Shown here one piece after another: positions 18,463-30,138 of a DNA stretch of 64,000 bases (position 1 is its first letter; each line of letters starts with the position of its first letter). The DNA lies in NCBI GenBank assembly GCA_963812155.1, contig CAWETW010000003.1, positions 288,001 through 352,000 on the forward strand. The letters run 5' to 3'. The DNA comes from Vulcanimicrobiota bacterium (GTDB taxonomy: Bacteria; Vulcanimicrobiota; Vulcanimicrobiia; Vulcanimicrobiales; Vulcanimicrobiaceae). The notes beneath the pieces are model-generated. The model searched no databases and was not told the DNA's origin. It was given only the letters and a program-made list of their open reading frames with translations. The position numbers and the translations under genes were made by a program.

Positions 18463-19296
18463 GTGGCCGCCGCGCAAACGGGCGATCTCAACCCGCACGC
18501 CGTTCAGATGGCCGACGAGTCGATGGTGCGCAATCTCGACGCGCAGGCGCGCGCCATTTGGCCGCAGGAAGCGTCGCTCTTGGCCCGTTACCGGCTCCCC
18601 GAGCGAGCGAGCATCCTGGATGCGGGCTGCGGCACCGGTGAGATCTCGTCGCGTCTGGCCTTGGCGTTTGCGCAAGCCGAAGTGCTCGGCGTCGACATCG
18701 TCGACGCGCATCTCGAACTCGCGCGCTCGCGGTACTCCGGCCTCGCGCCGCGACTGCGCTTCGAACATCAGAGCGTCTACGACCTGCGGGAGCCGGACGG
18801 GCGATTCGATCTGACGGTTTGCCGGCACGTGCTGCACGCGATTCCACACGCGGAAGCGGTCGTGCGCGAACTGGCCCGCGTTACCCGTCCCGGCGGTTAC
18901 GTGCACTTGATTCCTGAAGACTACCGCATGTTGCACTTCCAAAGCCGCGACGGGCGGGATCCCAGCGATTTCTGGCACACCGGTCCGCTCGAGTTCGGAG
19001 CGGCAACGGACACCGATCTGTTCATCGGACGCAACGTCTTCTCGATCCTTATGCGCCTCGGATTGCGGGACATCGCGATGGAGTACGTCGTCGTGGACAC
19101 CCTGCGGACGCCGCGCGAAACCTTCGCCGCAATCATCGAAGCCTGGCGCGACGGATACGTCGATGCCATCGCGGAGCATACGTCGTACTCGCGGGAAGAC
19201 GCAATCGCGTATTTCGATGCGATGGCCGCCGTCATCCGCGACCCGCTCGGCTATGCGTGCTGGCTGTTGCCCGTCGCCAGCGCGCGGGTTCCGTGA
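18463..19296 (+). CDS. Class I SAM-dependent methyltransferase
   Basis: ILDAGCGTGE, FDLTVCRHVL and RVTRPGG. Start uncertain (GTG 18463). Confidence 0.9.
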   Translation: MAAAQTGDLNPHAVQMADESMVRNLDAQARAIWPQEASLLARYRLPERASILDAGCGTGEISSRLALAFAQAEVLGVDIVDAHLELARSRYSGLAPRLRFEHQSVYDLREPDGRFDLTVCRHVLHAIPHAEAVVRELARVTRPGGYVHLIPEDYRMLHFQSRDGRDPSDFWHTGPLEFGAATDTDLFIGRNVFSILMRLGLRDIAMEYVVVDTLRTPRETFAAIIEAWRDGYVDAIAEHTSYSREDAIAYFDAMAAVIRDPLGYACWLLPVASARVP

Positions 19297-19330
19297 TAGG
19301 GTGAAGACTCCGGGCGAGAGGAGCGTTGCT

Positions 19331-20680
19331 ATGGCACGTGCGCGCACGGTCTCGGCGGCCGCCGCCGCCATCTTTCTGCTTTCGGCCTGCTCGAGTGCCG
19401 GCACGGTTCCGGCGCCGGGCGCCGCCGCTGCGCACGCGGTGCATTCCACCGTCGCGCAAATCCACCACGTCGTCGTCATGGTGCAGGAGAATCGCAGCTT
19501 CGACGATCTCTTCGCGACGTTTCCCGGCGCCGACGGCGCGACGAGCGGCATGATGCACAACGGAGAAATCGTTCCGCTCAAAGAGGTCGGACTAGCGGCG
19601 CTCGACATCAACCACACCTATCCGACGTATCTGCAGGATTACGACAACGGGCAAATGGACGGCTTCGACCTTTCGAAATACGGCACCGGACAAAAGGCGG
19701 GCAAATATCCGTACCAATACGTCAATCCGTCAAAAATTCAACCGTATTGGACGCTGGCGCGAAACTACGTGCTCGCCGACCATATGTTCCAAACGCAAGG
19801 CAGCGGCAGTTTCACGGCCCACCAGGATCTCATCGCCGGCGCAACCGCCGTCGACGCGAACGACAGCATCGTGGACGATCCGTCGAGCGCCTGGAGCTGG
19901 GGATGCGACGCGAAGCAAGGCACGGTCACGTCGCTTATCACGACGGACTTACAGTATCTCTTCGATAAGGGACCGTACCCGTGTTTAAGGTATCCGTCGG
20001 GCACGCTGCGCGATAAACTCGACGCAAAGCACGTCTCGTGGAAATATTACACGCCGCCGCATCGCGGCAGCACCGCCGGCGCGCTATGGAACGCCTACGG
20101 CGCCATCTTTGCCGTCCGTTACGGCCCCGAGTGGCGCACGAAGATTTCGATTCCCGAAACGAACGTTCTCAGCGATATCACCGCCGGAAAATTGCCCGCG
20201 GTATCGTGGGTGATTCCCGACCAACTCGATTCGGATCATCCCAACGGGTTGAACAAACAATACGACGGTCCGTCGTGGGTCGCATCGGTCGTCAATGCGA
20301 TCGGGCAGAGCAACTATTGGGATTCGACGACGATCGTGATCCTATGGGACGACTGGGGCGGATTTTACGACAACGTCCCGCCGGCGTTCATTGACGACGC
20401 GGGCGGCCTCGGCTTCCGCGTTCCGATGCTGGTCGTGTCGCCGTACGTCAGTCCGGGGCACGTCGCACACACGCAATACGAGTTCGGAAGCGTCCTGAAA
20501 TATATCGAGCAGACCTTCGGCCTAGGATCGCTCGGCACGACCGACGCGCGCGCGACTTCGATCGGGAACATCCTGCACTTGAGTCAAAAGCCGCTGCCCT
20601 TCACGCCGATCCCGTCGGAAAAGTCGCGCAGTTACTTTCTGCACCGCCCGCCCTCTTACGAGCCGGTCGACACCGAATAG
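19331..20680 (+). CDS. Phosphoesterase / phospholipase C family lipoprotein
   Basis: Lipobox LSAC; HVVVMVQENRSFD, WDDWGGFYDNVPP and GFRVPMLVVSPY. Confidence 0.93.
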   Translation: MARARTVSAAAAAIFLLSACSSAGTVPAPGAAAAHAVHSTVAQIHHVVVMVQENRSFDDLFATFPGADGATSGMMHNGEIVPLKEVGLAALDINHTYPTYLQDYDNGQMDGFDLSKYGTGQKAGKYPYQYVNPSKIQPYWTLARNYVLADHMFQTQGSGSFTAHQDLIAGATAVDANDSIVDDPSSAWSWGCDAKQGTVTSLITTDLQYLFDKGPYPCLRYPSGTLRDKLDAKHVSWKYYTPPHRGSTAGALWNAYGAIFAVRYGPEWRTKISIPETNVLSDITAGKLPAVSWVIPDQLDSDHPNGLNKQYDGPSWVASVVNAIGQSNYWDSTTIVILWDDWGGFYDNVPPAFIDDAGGLGFRVPMLVVSPYVSPGHVAHTQYEFGSVLKYIEQTFGLGSLGTTDARATSIGNILHLSQKPLPFTPIPSEKSRSYFLHRPPSYEPVDTE

Positions 20681-21714
20681 CTCTGCAGCACCGCCGCGGT
20701 GAGGTCGCGCGCGTGCGCGGGGGCCGCCCCGGTGTAGACGCGGCCGAGCCCGTGCGCCGCCGCGATCTTCGCCGCGCGCGCTTCTGCCGACGCAACGATT
20801 TGCGCGCGCAATGCGTCGCGCTCGCGCTGCAGGGCGGCAATCTCCTGTTTGACCGATGCGCGATCGGCGTCGCCGCTGTCCCGCACCGCGAGCAAACGCT
20901 TTGTGAGGTCGGCGCGCGCGGCGGCGAAGCGGGCAGCCGTACTCGCGCCGGACGCGTTGCTCCACTGCGGAATCCACGCCGCTGCGGACTGAGTCTCGAT
21001 TGAGAGCGTTCGCGTGGCGCGAGCGTGCGCGGCAACGTCGGCGGCCATAGAAGAAACCGATGCGATTGCCTCGGCCTGCCGTTGCGCGCGGTACGCCGCC
21101 AGTTCGGCGTCGTCGCGCGCGCGAGCCGCGGCGACCAGCGCCGCTTCGCGAGCATCGAGCGCGGCCAGCTCGGCGGTGTCGCGTCGCCGCGTCGCGGCAT
21201 CGAGGTGTAAATCGCGCAGCTTCAACTGCAGGACGAGCCGCTGGCCGCCGTGCGCGCGTTCGTAGCCGTACGCGATCGTGGCTTCTCGTTCGCGCATCTG
21301 CGCCGCGCGCAACGCGGTCGCGCGTTCGGCCCGTGCCAATGCGGCGCGCCGGAACGGTTCGACGGCAGCACCGAAATCGTGCGCGGGCTGGGCCGTCGAT
21401 TTCGGCAGCGCGACGGGTTCGGCGTGCAGTCCGTTCAACCGTCGCGCTCCGGCGTCGAGGCGGCGAGCGACGTCGGTTGCGCTCGTGCCGATGGCGGCGC
21501 GCGTTCCGGCAAAAGCGGCGTCGTTCGACGCGCGGCGCAACACGGCCAAGTCGGCGTCGTACTGCGCGAGCATCGCTGCGAACGGCGGTCCGGCGAGTAC
21601 GCGCGCGAGATCGATGCGCGCGGGCGTGGCGCCCAAAGCCGGCTGCGGCTGCGCGACCGGATGCGGAGAGCAACTCACGAGCAGCGCGACGAGGACGAGG
21701 CAAGCGCGCGTCAC
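20656..21714 (-). CDS. Coiled-coil lipoprotein with OmpH/Skp-like N- and C-terminal motifs
   Basis: GTGA overlap with tamB; lipobox LVSC; ARIDLARVL near the N-terminus and AKIAAAHGLGRVY...RDLTAAVL at the C-terminus. Confidence 0.6.
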   Translation of the reverse strand: MTRACLVLVALLVSCSPHPVAQPQPALGATPARIDLARVLAGPPFAAMLAQYDADLAVLRRASNDAAFAGTRAAIGTSATDVARRLDAGARRLNGLHAEPVALPKSTAQPAHDFGAAVEPFRRAALARAERATALRAAQMREREATIAYGYERAHGGQRLVLQLKLRDLHLDAATRRRDTAELAALDAREAALVAAARARDDAELAAYRAQRQAEAIASVSSMAADVAAHARATRTLSIETQSAAAWIPQWSNASGASTAARFAAARADLTKRLLAVRDSGDADRASVKQEIAALQRERDALRAQIVASAEARAAKIAAAHGLGRVYTGAAPAHARDLTAAVLQSYSVSTGS

Positions 21715-24700
21715 GGGAACTTCCTTCCAATTTTTAGATCGACGCCGTTGGCGCCGGTGTCGAGCGGAATCGTCGCGGCACTGGGTGCGTTGAGACCTTG
21801 CACGAGGAACGGCGTGAAACCGAACAAGTTCGAACCCTGCGAACTGTAGGCCGTGAGTTCCAGTTGCGTCCGGTCGCTGGGATGCACGTCGAGGCTCCAC
21901 GACTCGCGGCGCGCTTGATTGAACGTGTCCGCGAAGACGAAGCTCACGTCCCTGCCGAGCGCCTTGACCGCGTTGACCCCGAGGCCGCCTTGCACGTCGG
22001 TGGTCAGCTGCAGATTTTCCAAACCGAGATCTCCGCCCAGCGCGACCGACAGCGGTTCGAGCAGGTTGCGCGTGAAGAGCGTGTCGAGTTGCCCGGCAGC
22101 CAGATTCGTAACCGCCGACGACGCCGAGAACGAGCCGCCGCCCGTCGCGGCGACGCCCTGCACCGCGCCCAGCGACTGCGCGTTGACGAGCAAGCCGAGA
22201 ATCTGTTGGCGATCGTAGGACGGGTCGGAGGCGAATGCGACGTTGAGGTTCGTCGCCGGACCCGTCACGCGCAACGCGACGTTCGTTTCCGGATTCGCAA
22301 TGAACGTCGTAGCTGTGGCGTCCACGTCGGGAACGATTCCGCTCGACGGATCGAAGGAGACGGTCGCGCGCACAACGCGGAAATCGCGGAAGAAGTTGAC
22401 CGTCCCGCCCGTCGATGCGATGGTGCCGGCCAGATGCGGATCCGCCAGCGATCCGAACGCGTGGACGCTGCCCGCAATGCCGACGTCGACGTTCGGGCTG
22501 ACGACGCGCACGTCGCGCCCGACGGCGGCGTGCACGTTTATTCCGAGCGGAAGCGGCGCCGCGGGCGCGTTATCTCCTTTTGAATTGTACAGCGCCGTGA
22601 CCGGAATCCGCGCGCTGTCCAGCGCCACGTTCCCCGACAACAGCGCACGCCGTTCCGGTGCGCGCGTCAACGCGACGTCGCCGTCGAAGCGGCCTTTCAC
22701 GTACTGCGGCAGATCGAGACGCGCGGAGCGAGCGTGAAGATTCAGCGCCATCGCGACGCGGCCGAGATCGCGGACGTTCGGAATTGTCGCGCTGCCGTCG
22801 GCGGTGATGGAGCCTCCGCCGGCTTGCGCGCCGGCGTCTTCCAAACGTACGGTCGTTCCCGAGAATGCGAGCGCGCCCGCGAGGTTGGTGATCGGCACGC
22901 GCTCTTGCGGTCCGGAGAACGATCCCTGCGCGAGCGTCAATCGGCCTTGCAGCTGCGGCGCGCGCAGACTGCCGCGCACGTCGACGCGTCCGTCGACGCG
23001 GCCGGAAACCGCCGTGCCTTTCGGCAAGAGATCGGCAACGTTTGAAGCCTCGACGTCGTCGGCGACGAGTTGCGCGCTGACCGGACGGCCTTGCGGATCG
23101 AGCGCAAACGGCATCGCGCGAATCGGAACCGTGGCGCGCCCGGTCACACGGCCTTTCCGCAAGTCGACTTCGCCGGAAACGAGGCTGACGCTGCGTTCGT
23201 CGGCGTGCACGTTCCCGATGACGCGCGGAACGGCGAGTTTGCCGTAGCGGGCGCCGGTGAGCACGAACGCATCGTCCAGCGCGGGGTTGCGCGGCGTACC
23301 GCGCACGTGCAGCGTCGTATCGAGTGCGCCGGCTGCATCGAACGTTTTACCGAACGCAATCGCAGCCAGCGCCGCGACGTTTGGACTCGTCGCGTGAAAC
23401 GCGACGTCGAGCGCATCGTCCGGATGCATGCCGAAGGTTCCCGCGCCGGTGACGCTCGCGTGCGGCATCGTCAGCGTCGCACTCTGGATGCGTCCGCGTC
23501 CGTCGCGCACGTTCGCCGCGAGGGCGATGCGATCGATCGGGACGCGTCCGGCGCTCGCGTGCGCGACGGTGGCATTCAGGGTTGCGTCGAGATTGGGATA
23601 TCGGCCGGCCGCCGTGAGGTCGGCGTCGGCCAAACCGGAAATCGGAATGCCGGCGCCCATGAACGCGCTCCATCGCGACAGGTCGAGGTCGCGCGCGTGC
23701 GCGACGAGATCGACGTCGCCGCCGAGTCCGACGGTGCCCGACGCGGAGACGCGCCCGAACGGTCCGCGCACCGCCAACGTCGTCGCGATTCGCCGGCCGC
23801 TGCCGCGCCACGCCGCATCGGTCGCGCCGAAATCGAAGCCGCGCAGGCTCGCATCGTGCAATCCGGCGCTGCCCTCGGTTGCGACGATCGTGCCGTTGGA
23901 GAGCGAAACCCCTGCGCGTACGGCGCCTTCGCCGCCGAGCATGTCGCCGGCATCGAAGAAATCGTTGAAGTCGGCGAGATCGGCATGCGGTGCGTCCACC
24001 GTAAGGCGCTGCGACGCCGGGCTCGCCGCCGCATCGAACGCGACGCCGGTCGAACCGACGGTCACGCTGCCGCCGCTCAGTGCGATCGACGACGGCGTAC
24101 CGTTCACGGTCGCGTGGAGATCGTGAAACGCGAGTCCGTTGAAGGCGCCTTCGGGAATCGCCGCACTGCCGCGAATCGAGGGCGCCAAACCTGACCCTCC
24201 GACGTGGAGGCGCGCCGTCGCCGAGCCTTCGACGAGATTTGCCGCACTCGACCGTACCAGCGACGCAACCGCTGCCAGATCCGCAGAGTCGAGCGTCGTC
24301 CAGAGGTCGTAACGCGGTGCGCCGCCCGGCACGCCGCGAACGTTGCCGCGAACGTCGGCAAAGTTTCCGCCGGCGGCAACGGCTGCATCGTCGACGTGCA
24401 CCGTCCCGCGATCGAATGCGACGACCGCCGCCGCAACGCCGCCCGCGTCGCCGATGCCGCGTGCGCTCACGCCGGCCGCGACTTCCGATTGTGGCGTTCG
24501 CCCCAGACGGACGCGCACGCGCGCCACGTCGCCGAACTTGGTGCGCACGCCGGTCAACTGCGCCGACCCCGCCGCGCGCAGCGTCGCTCCTTGCACGCGT
24601 GCGGCGACGTTCGAGTCGAGCGTTCCGGCAACGCGCGGCAAGGCGATCGGCCAGTGATTCGCGCGAACGTACGCGTCGTAGGTGCGGTGCGGACGATCCG

Positions 24701-26250
24701 CGCCGGCGATAACGTATAACGACGAACCCGGCCGTTGGGCGCGTAGCGGCCCGATCGTGCCGACGCCGTCGGAGCGTAGATCGAATGCGGAGGCGAGCGT
24801 CGTGCCCCCAGCGGAGCCGTAGAGCACACCGCGAGCCGTTACGAGCGACGGACGATCGCCGGTCGCCAGCACGACGCCGTGCAGCGGCAGGCCCGGCAGT
24901 ACCGCGTCTGCATATGGAACGGCGGTGGAGGGCGCGTCGAACCCGGCCAGCATCTCGACGCTGCCGGCACCGGCGTGCGTACCGAGCCGTCCGCGCGCGA
25001 CCGCTTCGATGCCGCCGTATCGCGTGTGGAATCCGATGAGGTCGACGTCGCTGCCGTCGAAGGCGAGCAGCGCGCTGGTTTTCGAAACCGCATAGGTCGC
25101 GTAACTCGCGTGCGGCGATTGTAAGGCGACTTCGACGAGCGGTTTCGCCGCCGCGCCTTCGGCAATGACGTCGAGGCGAACCGGGCCGTGCAGCGGCAGC
25201 CGCGCGCTTTGCGGCAGGACGCTGCGCAGGGCTGCGAGATCGCCGTGCGTCGACATCGTGACGTGCACGCGGGGAGCGCTCGTGCCGTAAACGCCGCCGT
25301 CGAAGCGCATCGGCAAACCGGCAAGCGTCGCCGTGACGCCGTCGAGCAATAACCCATTTCCGTAGACGGCTAGCCGCCCGTGCAGATCGCGCACGGGTTT
25401 GGCCAGACCTCCGACGGCAAGACGGCCGCCCTCGAGCGTCGCGCCGGCGCTGACGTGCTGCACGAGGCCGCCGTTCGCAGACGGCAGCGAAACGATCGAG
25501 GCGTCGAAATCGCGCAGCGATCCCCGTACGAAACGCAGTTGCGGCGTGTCGAGCGCCACGTTCGCGAGCCGCGCGATCGGCAACGCGGCACTATGCCAAC
25601 GTTGGAAACCGAAACCGCTCGCAACGTCGACGTCGCCGTTACCGGCAATCGGATAGCGCCGGCCGTCTTGCAACGTACGTCAGGGTCGCATGGTAGCGGG
25701 AGCGCGCGTTGGTTGCGACCGCGAGATCGGCATCGATGCCGGCGATCGCCAGATGTTGGCCCGGCCCGCGCGGTTGCGTGAAATCGTACACGTCGAGTGA
25801 CGCGTCGCGCACGCGCCCGGCAAAGATGAACGGCGCCTCCGGGGCGCTGCCGCTCCCGGCCTTGGGGAGCGGAAGGCTCAGCGTTCCGTCGTGATGCCGG
25901 GTGATGACGAGATGCGCGCCTTCGACGTCGAATCCGGTCAGCCCGAACGCGTGCGCGCTGCCTGGGAGCAGATCGCGCCATGCGTAGCCGACCCTCGCCG
26001 AAGCAACGTCGGCAATCGTTTCGCGCGCGGCGTTTTCGACGTGAATCCGGCTCGCGACCACGTCGTGTGCATCGACGTGGAGCGCACCGAACGACACGTG
26101 CAGGCCGGTCATCGACGCCAAGCCTGCCACGATAGCCGCGCGCGCGATTGCTTGGCGAAACGCAATGGCGAGCGCGACGCTCGCGATCGCGAGGGCTGCA
26201 AACCCTGCGATTCTTGCGTAACGGTGCGCAGCGTGGTGCGTCGGCGGCAT
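21711..26250 (-). CDS. tamB: Translocation and assembly module TamB-family protein, frameshift near 25670
   Basis: N-terminal TM anchor (ORF 25639-26508, ATG 26250), a long beta-rich body, and C-terminal GGTVNFF...F.SDPSYDRQQILGLL. Confidence 0.85.
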
Positions 26251-26359
26251 GGGACGAATGTTCCCGCAAGCAGGCGGGCCTAAGCGGGTCGCCGCCGCCT
26301 CTGAGACGATGCTGAGAACGAAGGAAGCGAGCGCCGCGTTCGCGCACCCCTCTCGCGCA

Positions 26360-27755
26360 ATGGAGTTGCGGCGCTCGTTGGGCTTCCTCGACGTCACGCT
26401 GTTTTTCGTCGTCGCCGGATCGAACTTACAGTGGGTCGCGACGGCCGCGGCCGCGGGACCCGTCGTCGCTAGTCGTTTGGGTGCTCGGCTGCTTGGCGAT
26501 GTTCGCACCGCTCTCGATCTGCGTCGTCTATCTCACGTCGCGTCATCCCGACGAGGGCGGCATGTACGTGTGGGCCAAACGCGCTTTCGGTCCGTTCGCG
26601 GGATTCTTCACCGGCTGGACGTACTGGGCGTCCAACCTTCCCTATTTTCCGGCGTTGCTCTATTTTGCGGCAGGCAATGCGCTCTTCGTGATGGGCAACA
26701 ACGGCGGCGGCGCGCTCTCGACGTCGCCCTGGTATTTTATCGCGGTCGCGCTCGCCGGGCTGACGATTGCGACGCTGCTCAACGTCTTCGGCCTCGACGT
26801 CGGCAAGTGGTTGAACAACGCGGGCGCGATTAGCCGCTGGACGGTCACGCTGCTGTTGCTCGGCGTTGGATTGCTCGCATGGTGGAAGTTCGGTCCGGCG
26901 ACGCCGATTGCACCTGCGACGATGCATCCGGGATTCGCATTGAAGGACGTGATCTTTTGGTCGGTGATCGCGTTTGCGTGGACGGGCCCCGAGGCGATCT
27001 CGTTCATGGGCGGCGAGGTCCGCAACCCGCGCCGTTCGATTCCCTACGGTCTTGCGCTGGCGGCGCCCGCGATTGCCATCATCTACGTGCTGGGAACTGC
27101 GGCGGTGCTCGCCGCTCTGCCGTCGCACGACGTCAATCCGTCGTCGGGCGTGATGCAGGCGATTGCGGCCGTTGCCGCGCGCGTCGGATGGACGGTCATC
27201 ACGCCGGTCGCCGCGATTCTCGTGGCGGTGAGTTGTCTGGGCAGTTGCGGCGCGTGGCTCGGCGCGGTGGCGCGCATCCCGTTCGTCGCCGGTATCGACC
27301 GCTATTTACCGCCCGTCTTCGGACGGATGCATCCACGCTACGGTTCGCCGGTCGCGGCATTGCTCACGCAATCCGGAATCGCCGCAATCTTCATCTTTTT
27401 CGGACAAGGCGGCAGCACGGTGAAAGGCGCGTACGAAATACTCGTCAGCTCGACGGTGCTGATCACGATGTTGCCGTTTTTGCTGCTGTTTGCATCCGCG
27501 ATAAAGCTCGATGCAGAGCCGGCTCCCCCCGGCGCGGTTGCGATACCGGGCGGACGGCTAACGATCGTCGTGGTCGCCGTCATCGGATTCCTCACGACGC
27601 TTGCCGCTGCGGTGCTCGCGCTCTTTCCGTCCGACGACGATCCGAACAAAATGCTTTCGGTTCTGAAAGTGCTTGGCCTGACCGCGCTCATGGTCGGCGC
27701 CGGCGTCGCGATCTATCTCGCGGGACGGCGTCGCCAATCCGCGCAGCCGGAATAA
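26360..27755 (+). CDS. APC-family amino acid permease (GadC-like), frameshift near 26460
   Basis: LRRSLGFLDV...WVATAAAAGP, then P.EGGMYVW..RAFG and FAWTGPE in the next frame. Confidence 0.88.
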
Positions 27756-27757
27756 GA

Positions 27758-27787
27758 AAGAGCTCCGGCGTTTCCGCCGCAGCTCTT
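27758..27787. terminator. Hairpin after the permease
   Basis: AAGAGCT-C-CGGCG-TTTC-CGCCG-C-AGCTCTT. Confidence 0.55.
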
Positions 27788-27795
27788 CAAACATA

Positions 27796-27905
27796 AGGAA
27801 GGCCTTGATTTTATTCCAAATCGAGGAAGCGACGGCCGAAGTTTGCTACGGCAAATGAGGCCCGAGCTGACGAAGAGTTGGGATAAATCCGGCCTTCCTC
27901 GATTT
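27796..27905. repeat. MITE/REP-like structured element (about 110 bp)
   Basis: Imperfect IR between 27796-27819 and 27878-27899. An alternative perfect 12-bp IR pairs 27818-27829 with 27894-27905. Internal TTTGC-TACG-GCAAA hairpin. Confidence 0.6.
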
Positions 27906-28307
27906 CTAGTGGCTGGGGGCGACCCATAGTGACGAGTCGGCCCACTTGACCTTCGTCGGAATGCATCGTGTCGTTTGCGCGCCGGCGTACGTTACGTCGT
28001 TATAGAGATCGAAGTGGTGCTGGATCTCCGTTCCCGGCGCAAAGCTGCCGTAGTCGGTGACGGTGCGCACGAAATTCTGCGCAGCGTTGCGATAGCCGAC
28101 GAGGAAGGTAATCTGGCTCGCATTCTTCTTACCATAGATAATGTAGTCGATCTGCGTTCCGCCGGCGTTCTTGCTGAGCGGCTTCGGGTGAATGATGAAA
28201 CACTGCTTGACAAGGACTGGCGCGGAGGCTTGCGCGGGCGCATGCGACGCCAGCACGACCGACGCGCAAAACGCGACCGCGAGGGTGAGACGAGCGAGAA
28301 GCTTCAT
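27906..28307 (-). CDS. Small secreted protein with two Cys
   Basis: Signal peptide MKLLARLTLAVAF...AQA; RBS AAAGGA. Confidence 0.75.
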   Translation of the reverse strand: MKLLARLTLAVAFCASVVLASHAPAQASAPVLVKQCFIIHPKPLSKNAGGTQIDYIIYGKKNASQITFLVGYRNAAQNFVRTVTDYGSFAPGTEIQHHFDLYNDVTYAGAQTTRCIPTKVKWADSSLWVAPSH

Positions 28308-28467
28308 TGCTGCGAAGGATTCCTTTCAGAAAATAGTGCTTCGGTGCGCCCTTGCGGCGCCCCAATGGCCCCTTTCGTTCCACATGCGGGCGCCCGCTTC
28401 CGTCACCGAGCGATCGGGAGCATGCCCGACGGTACCGGGCGGAGGGCCGTAGAAGGCTCCCGGCTCT

Positions 28468-30138
28468 ATGTCATTCGTCTATAGCATGTATCGCGTCGGC
28501 AAGGTCGTGCCGCCGAAACGCCAGATCATTAAAGATATCTCGCTGAGCTTTTTGCCCGGAGCGAAGATCGGGATACTGGGACTCAACGGGGCCGGGAAGT
28601 CGACCGTGCTGCGGATCATGGCGGGCGTCGACACCGACATCGACGGTGAAGCCAAAGCGATGCCCGGCATTTCGATCGGTTACTTGGAGCAAGAGCCCAT
28701 CCTCGACGGCGCCATAACCGTGCGCGAAACCGTCGAAGAGGGATTGGCGCATCTCATTTCCGCGCGCCGCCGTCTCGACGAGGTCTTCGCCGCGTACGGT
28801 GAGGCGGACGCCGATTTCGAAGCGCTTGCCGACGAACAGGCGCGCTTGGAAGCGGTGCTCTTCGCCGAAGGCGGCGATGACGTCGAGCAGCAACTCGAGA
28901 TCGCCGCCGACGCGCTGCGCCTTCCGCCGTGGGATGCGACGGTCGAAACGCTCTCGGGCGGCGAGAAGCGCCGCGTGGCGCTTTGCCGGCTGCTGCTGTC
29001 GAAGCCCGACATGTTGCTGCTCGACGAACCGACGAACCATCTCGATGCCGAGAGCGTCGAGTGGCTCGAGCAGTTTCTCCTGCGCTTTCCGGGTACTGTC
29101 GTCGCGGTCACGCACGACCGCTACTTTCTCGACAATGCGGCGCAGTGGATTCTCGAACTCGATCGCGGTCACGGCATTCCTTGGAAGGGCAACTACAGTT
29201 CGTGGCTCGAGCAAAAAGAAGCGCGACTGACGGCCGAGGAAGCGTCGGAAACGGCGCGCCGTAAGGCGTTGAAGCGCGAACTCGAATGGGTGCGGTCGGG
29301 CGCGAAGGGCCGCCATTCCAAGAACAAGAGCCGCATCGCGCGCTTCGAAGAGCTGTCGAGTTACGAATATCAGCGGCGCAACGAGACGCGCGAGATTTTC
29401 ATCCCGGTCGCCGAACGGCTCGGCGATCGCGTCATCGAGTTCGACGGCGTTGCAAAAGGGTTCGGCGACCGTCTGCTGATGGACGACGTCGGCTTTGCGA
29501 TTCCCGCGGGCGCGATCGTCGGCATCATCGGCCCCAACGGCGCGGGCAAGTCGACGCTCTTTCGCATGATTGCCGGTCGCGAATCTCCCGATGCCGGCGT
29601 CATAACGGTCGGACCGACCGTAAAACTCGGCTTCGTCGAGCAGAGCCGCGAATCGCTCGAGAACGACAAGACGGTCTTCGAAGCGGTCGGCGGCGGTCTC
29701 GACACGGTCGCCGTCGGAAAGTTCGAAATGCCGGCACGCGCCTATCTCGGACGCTTCAACTTCAAAGGCGGCGATCAGCAGAAAATCGTCGGAACGCTCT
29801 CGGGCGGCGAACGCGCGCGGCTGCACCTCGCCAAGACGCTGCTAAGTGGCGCAAACGTGCTGTTGCTCGACGAACCGTCGAACGATCTCGACGTCGAAAC
29901 GTTGCGCGCGCTCGAAGATGCACTGAGCGAGTTTGCCGGTACGGTGCTGGTCGTCAGCCACGACCGCTGGTTCCTCGACCGCATCGCGACGCATATCCTG
30001 GCGTTCGAAGGCGATTCGCGCGTGCATTTTTTCGAAGGCAACTACCAGGAGTACGAGATCGACAAACGCGCGCGTCTCGGCGAAGAAGCCGCGCGTCCGC
30101 ATCGCATTCGCTACCGGCCGCTGACGCGCGCATCCTAA
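28468..30138 (+). CDS. ettA: Energy-dependent translational throttle A (ABC-F)
   Basis: KVVPPKRQIIKDISLSFLPGAKIG, two ABC domains, PWKGNYSSWLEQK and RELEWVR. Confidence 0.96.
   Translation: MSFVYSMYRVGKVVPPKRQIIKDISLSFLPGAKIGILGLNGAGKSTVLRIMAGVDTDIDGEAKAMPGISIGYLEQEPILDGAITVRETVEEGLAHLISARRRLDEVFAAYGEADADFEALADEQARLEAVLFAEGGDDVEQQLEIAADALRLPPWDATVETLSGGEKRRVALCRLLLSKPDMLLLDEPTNHLDAESVEWLEQFLLRFPGTVVAVTHDRYFLDNAAQWILELDRGHGIPWKGNYSSWLEQKEARLTAEEASETARRKALKRELEWVRSGAKGRHSKNKSRIARFEELSSYEYQRRNETREIFIPVAERLGDRVIEFDGVAKGFGDRLLMDDVGFAIPAGAIVGIIGPNGAGKSTLFRMIAGRESPDAGVITVGPTVKLGFVEQSRESLENDKTVFEAVGGGLDTVAVGKFEMPARAYLGRFNFKGGDQQKIVGTLSGGERARLHLAKTLLSGANVLLLDEPSNDLDVETLRALEDALSEFAGTVLVVSHDRWFLDRIATHILAFEGDSRVHFFEGNYQEYEIDKRARLGEEAARPHRIRYRPLTRAS

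Noticed and set aside
27867..27873. CTGACGA resembling a hammerhead ribozyme core
   Set aside because: There is no correctly placed stem II-GAAA or stem III/UH site.
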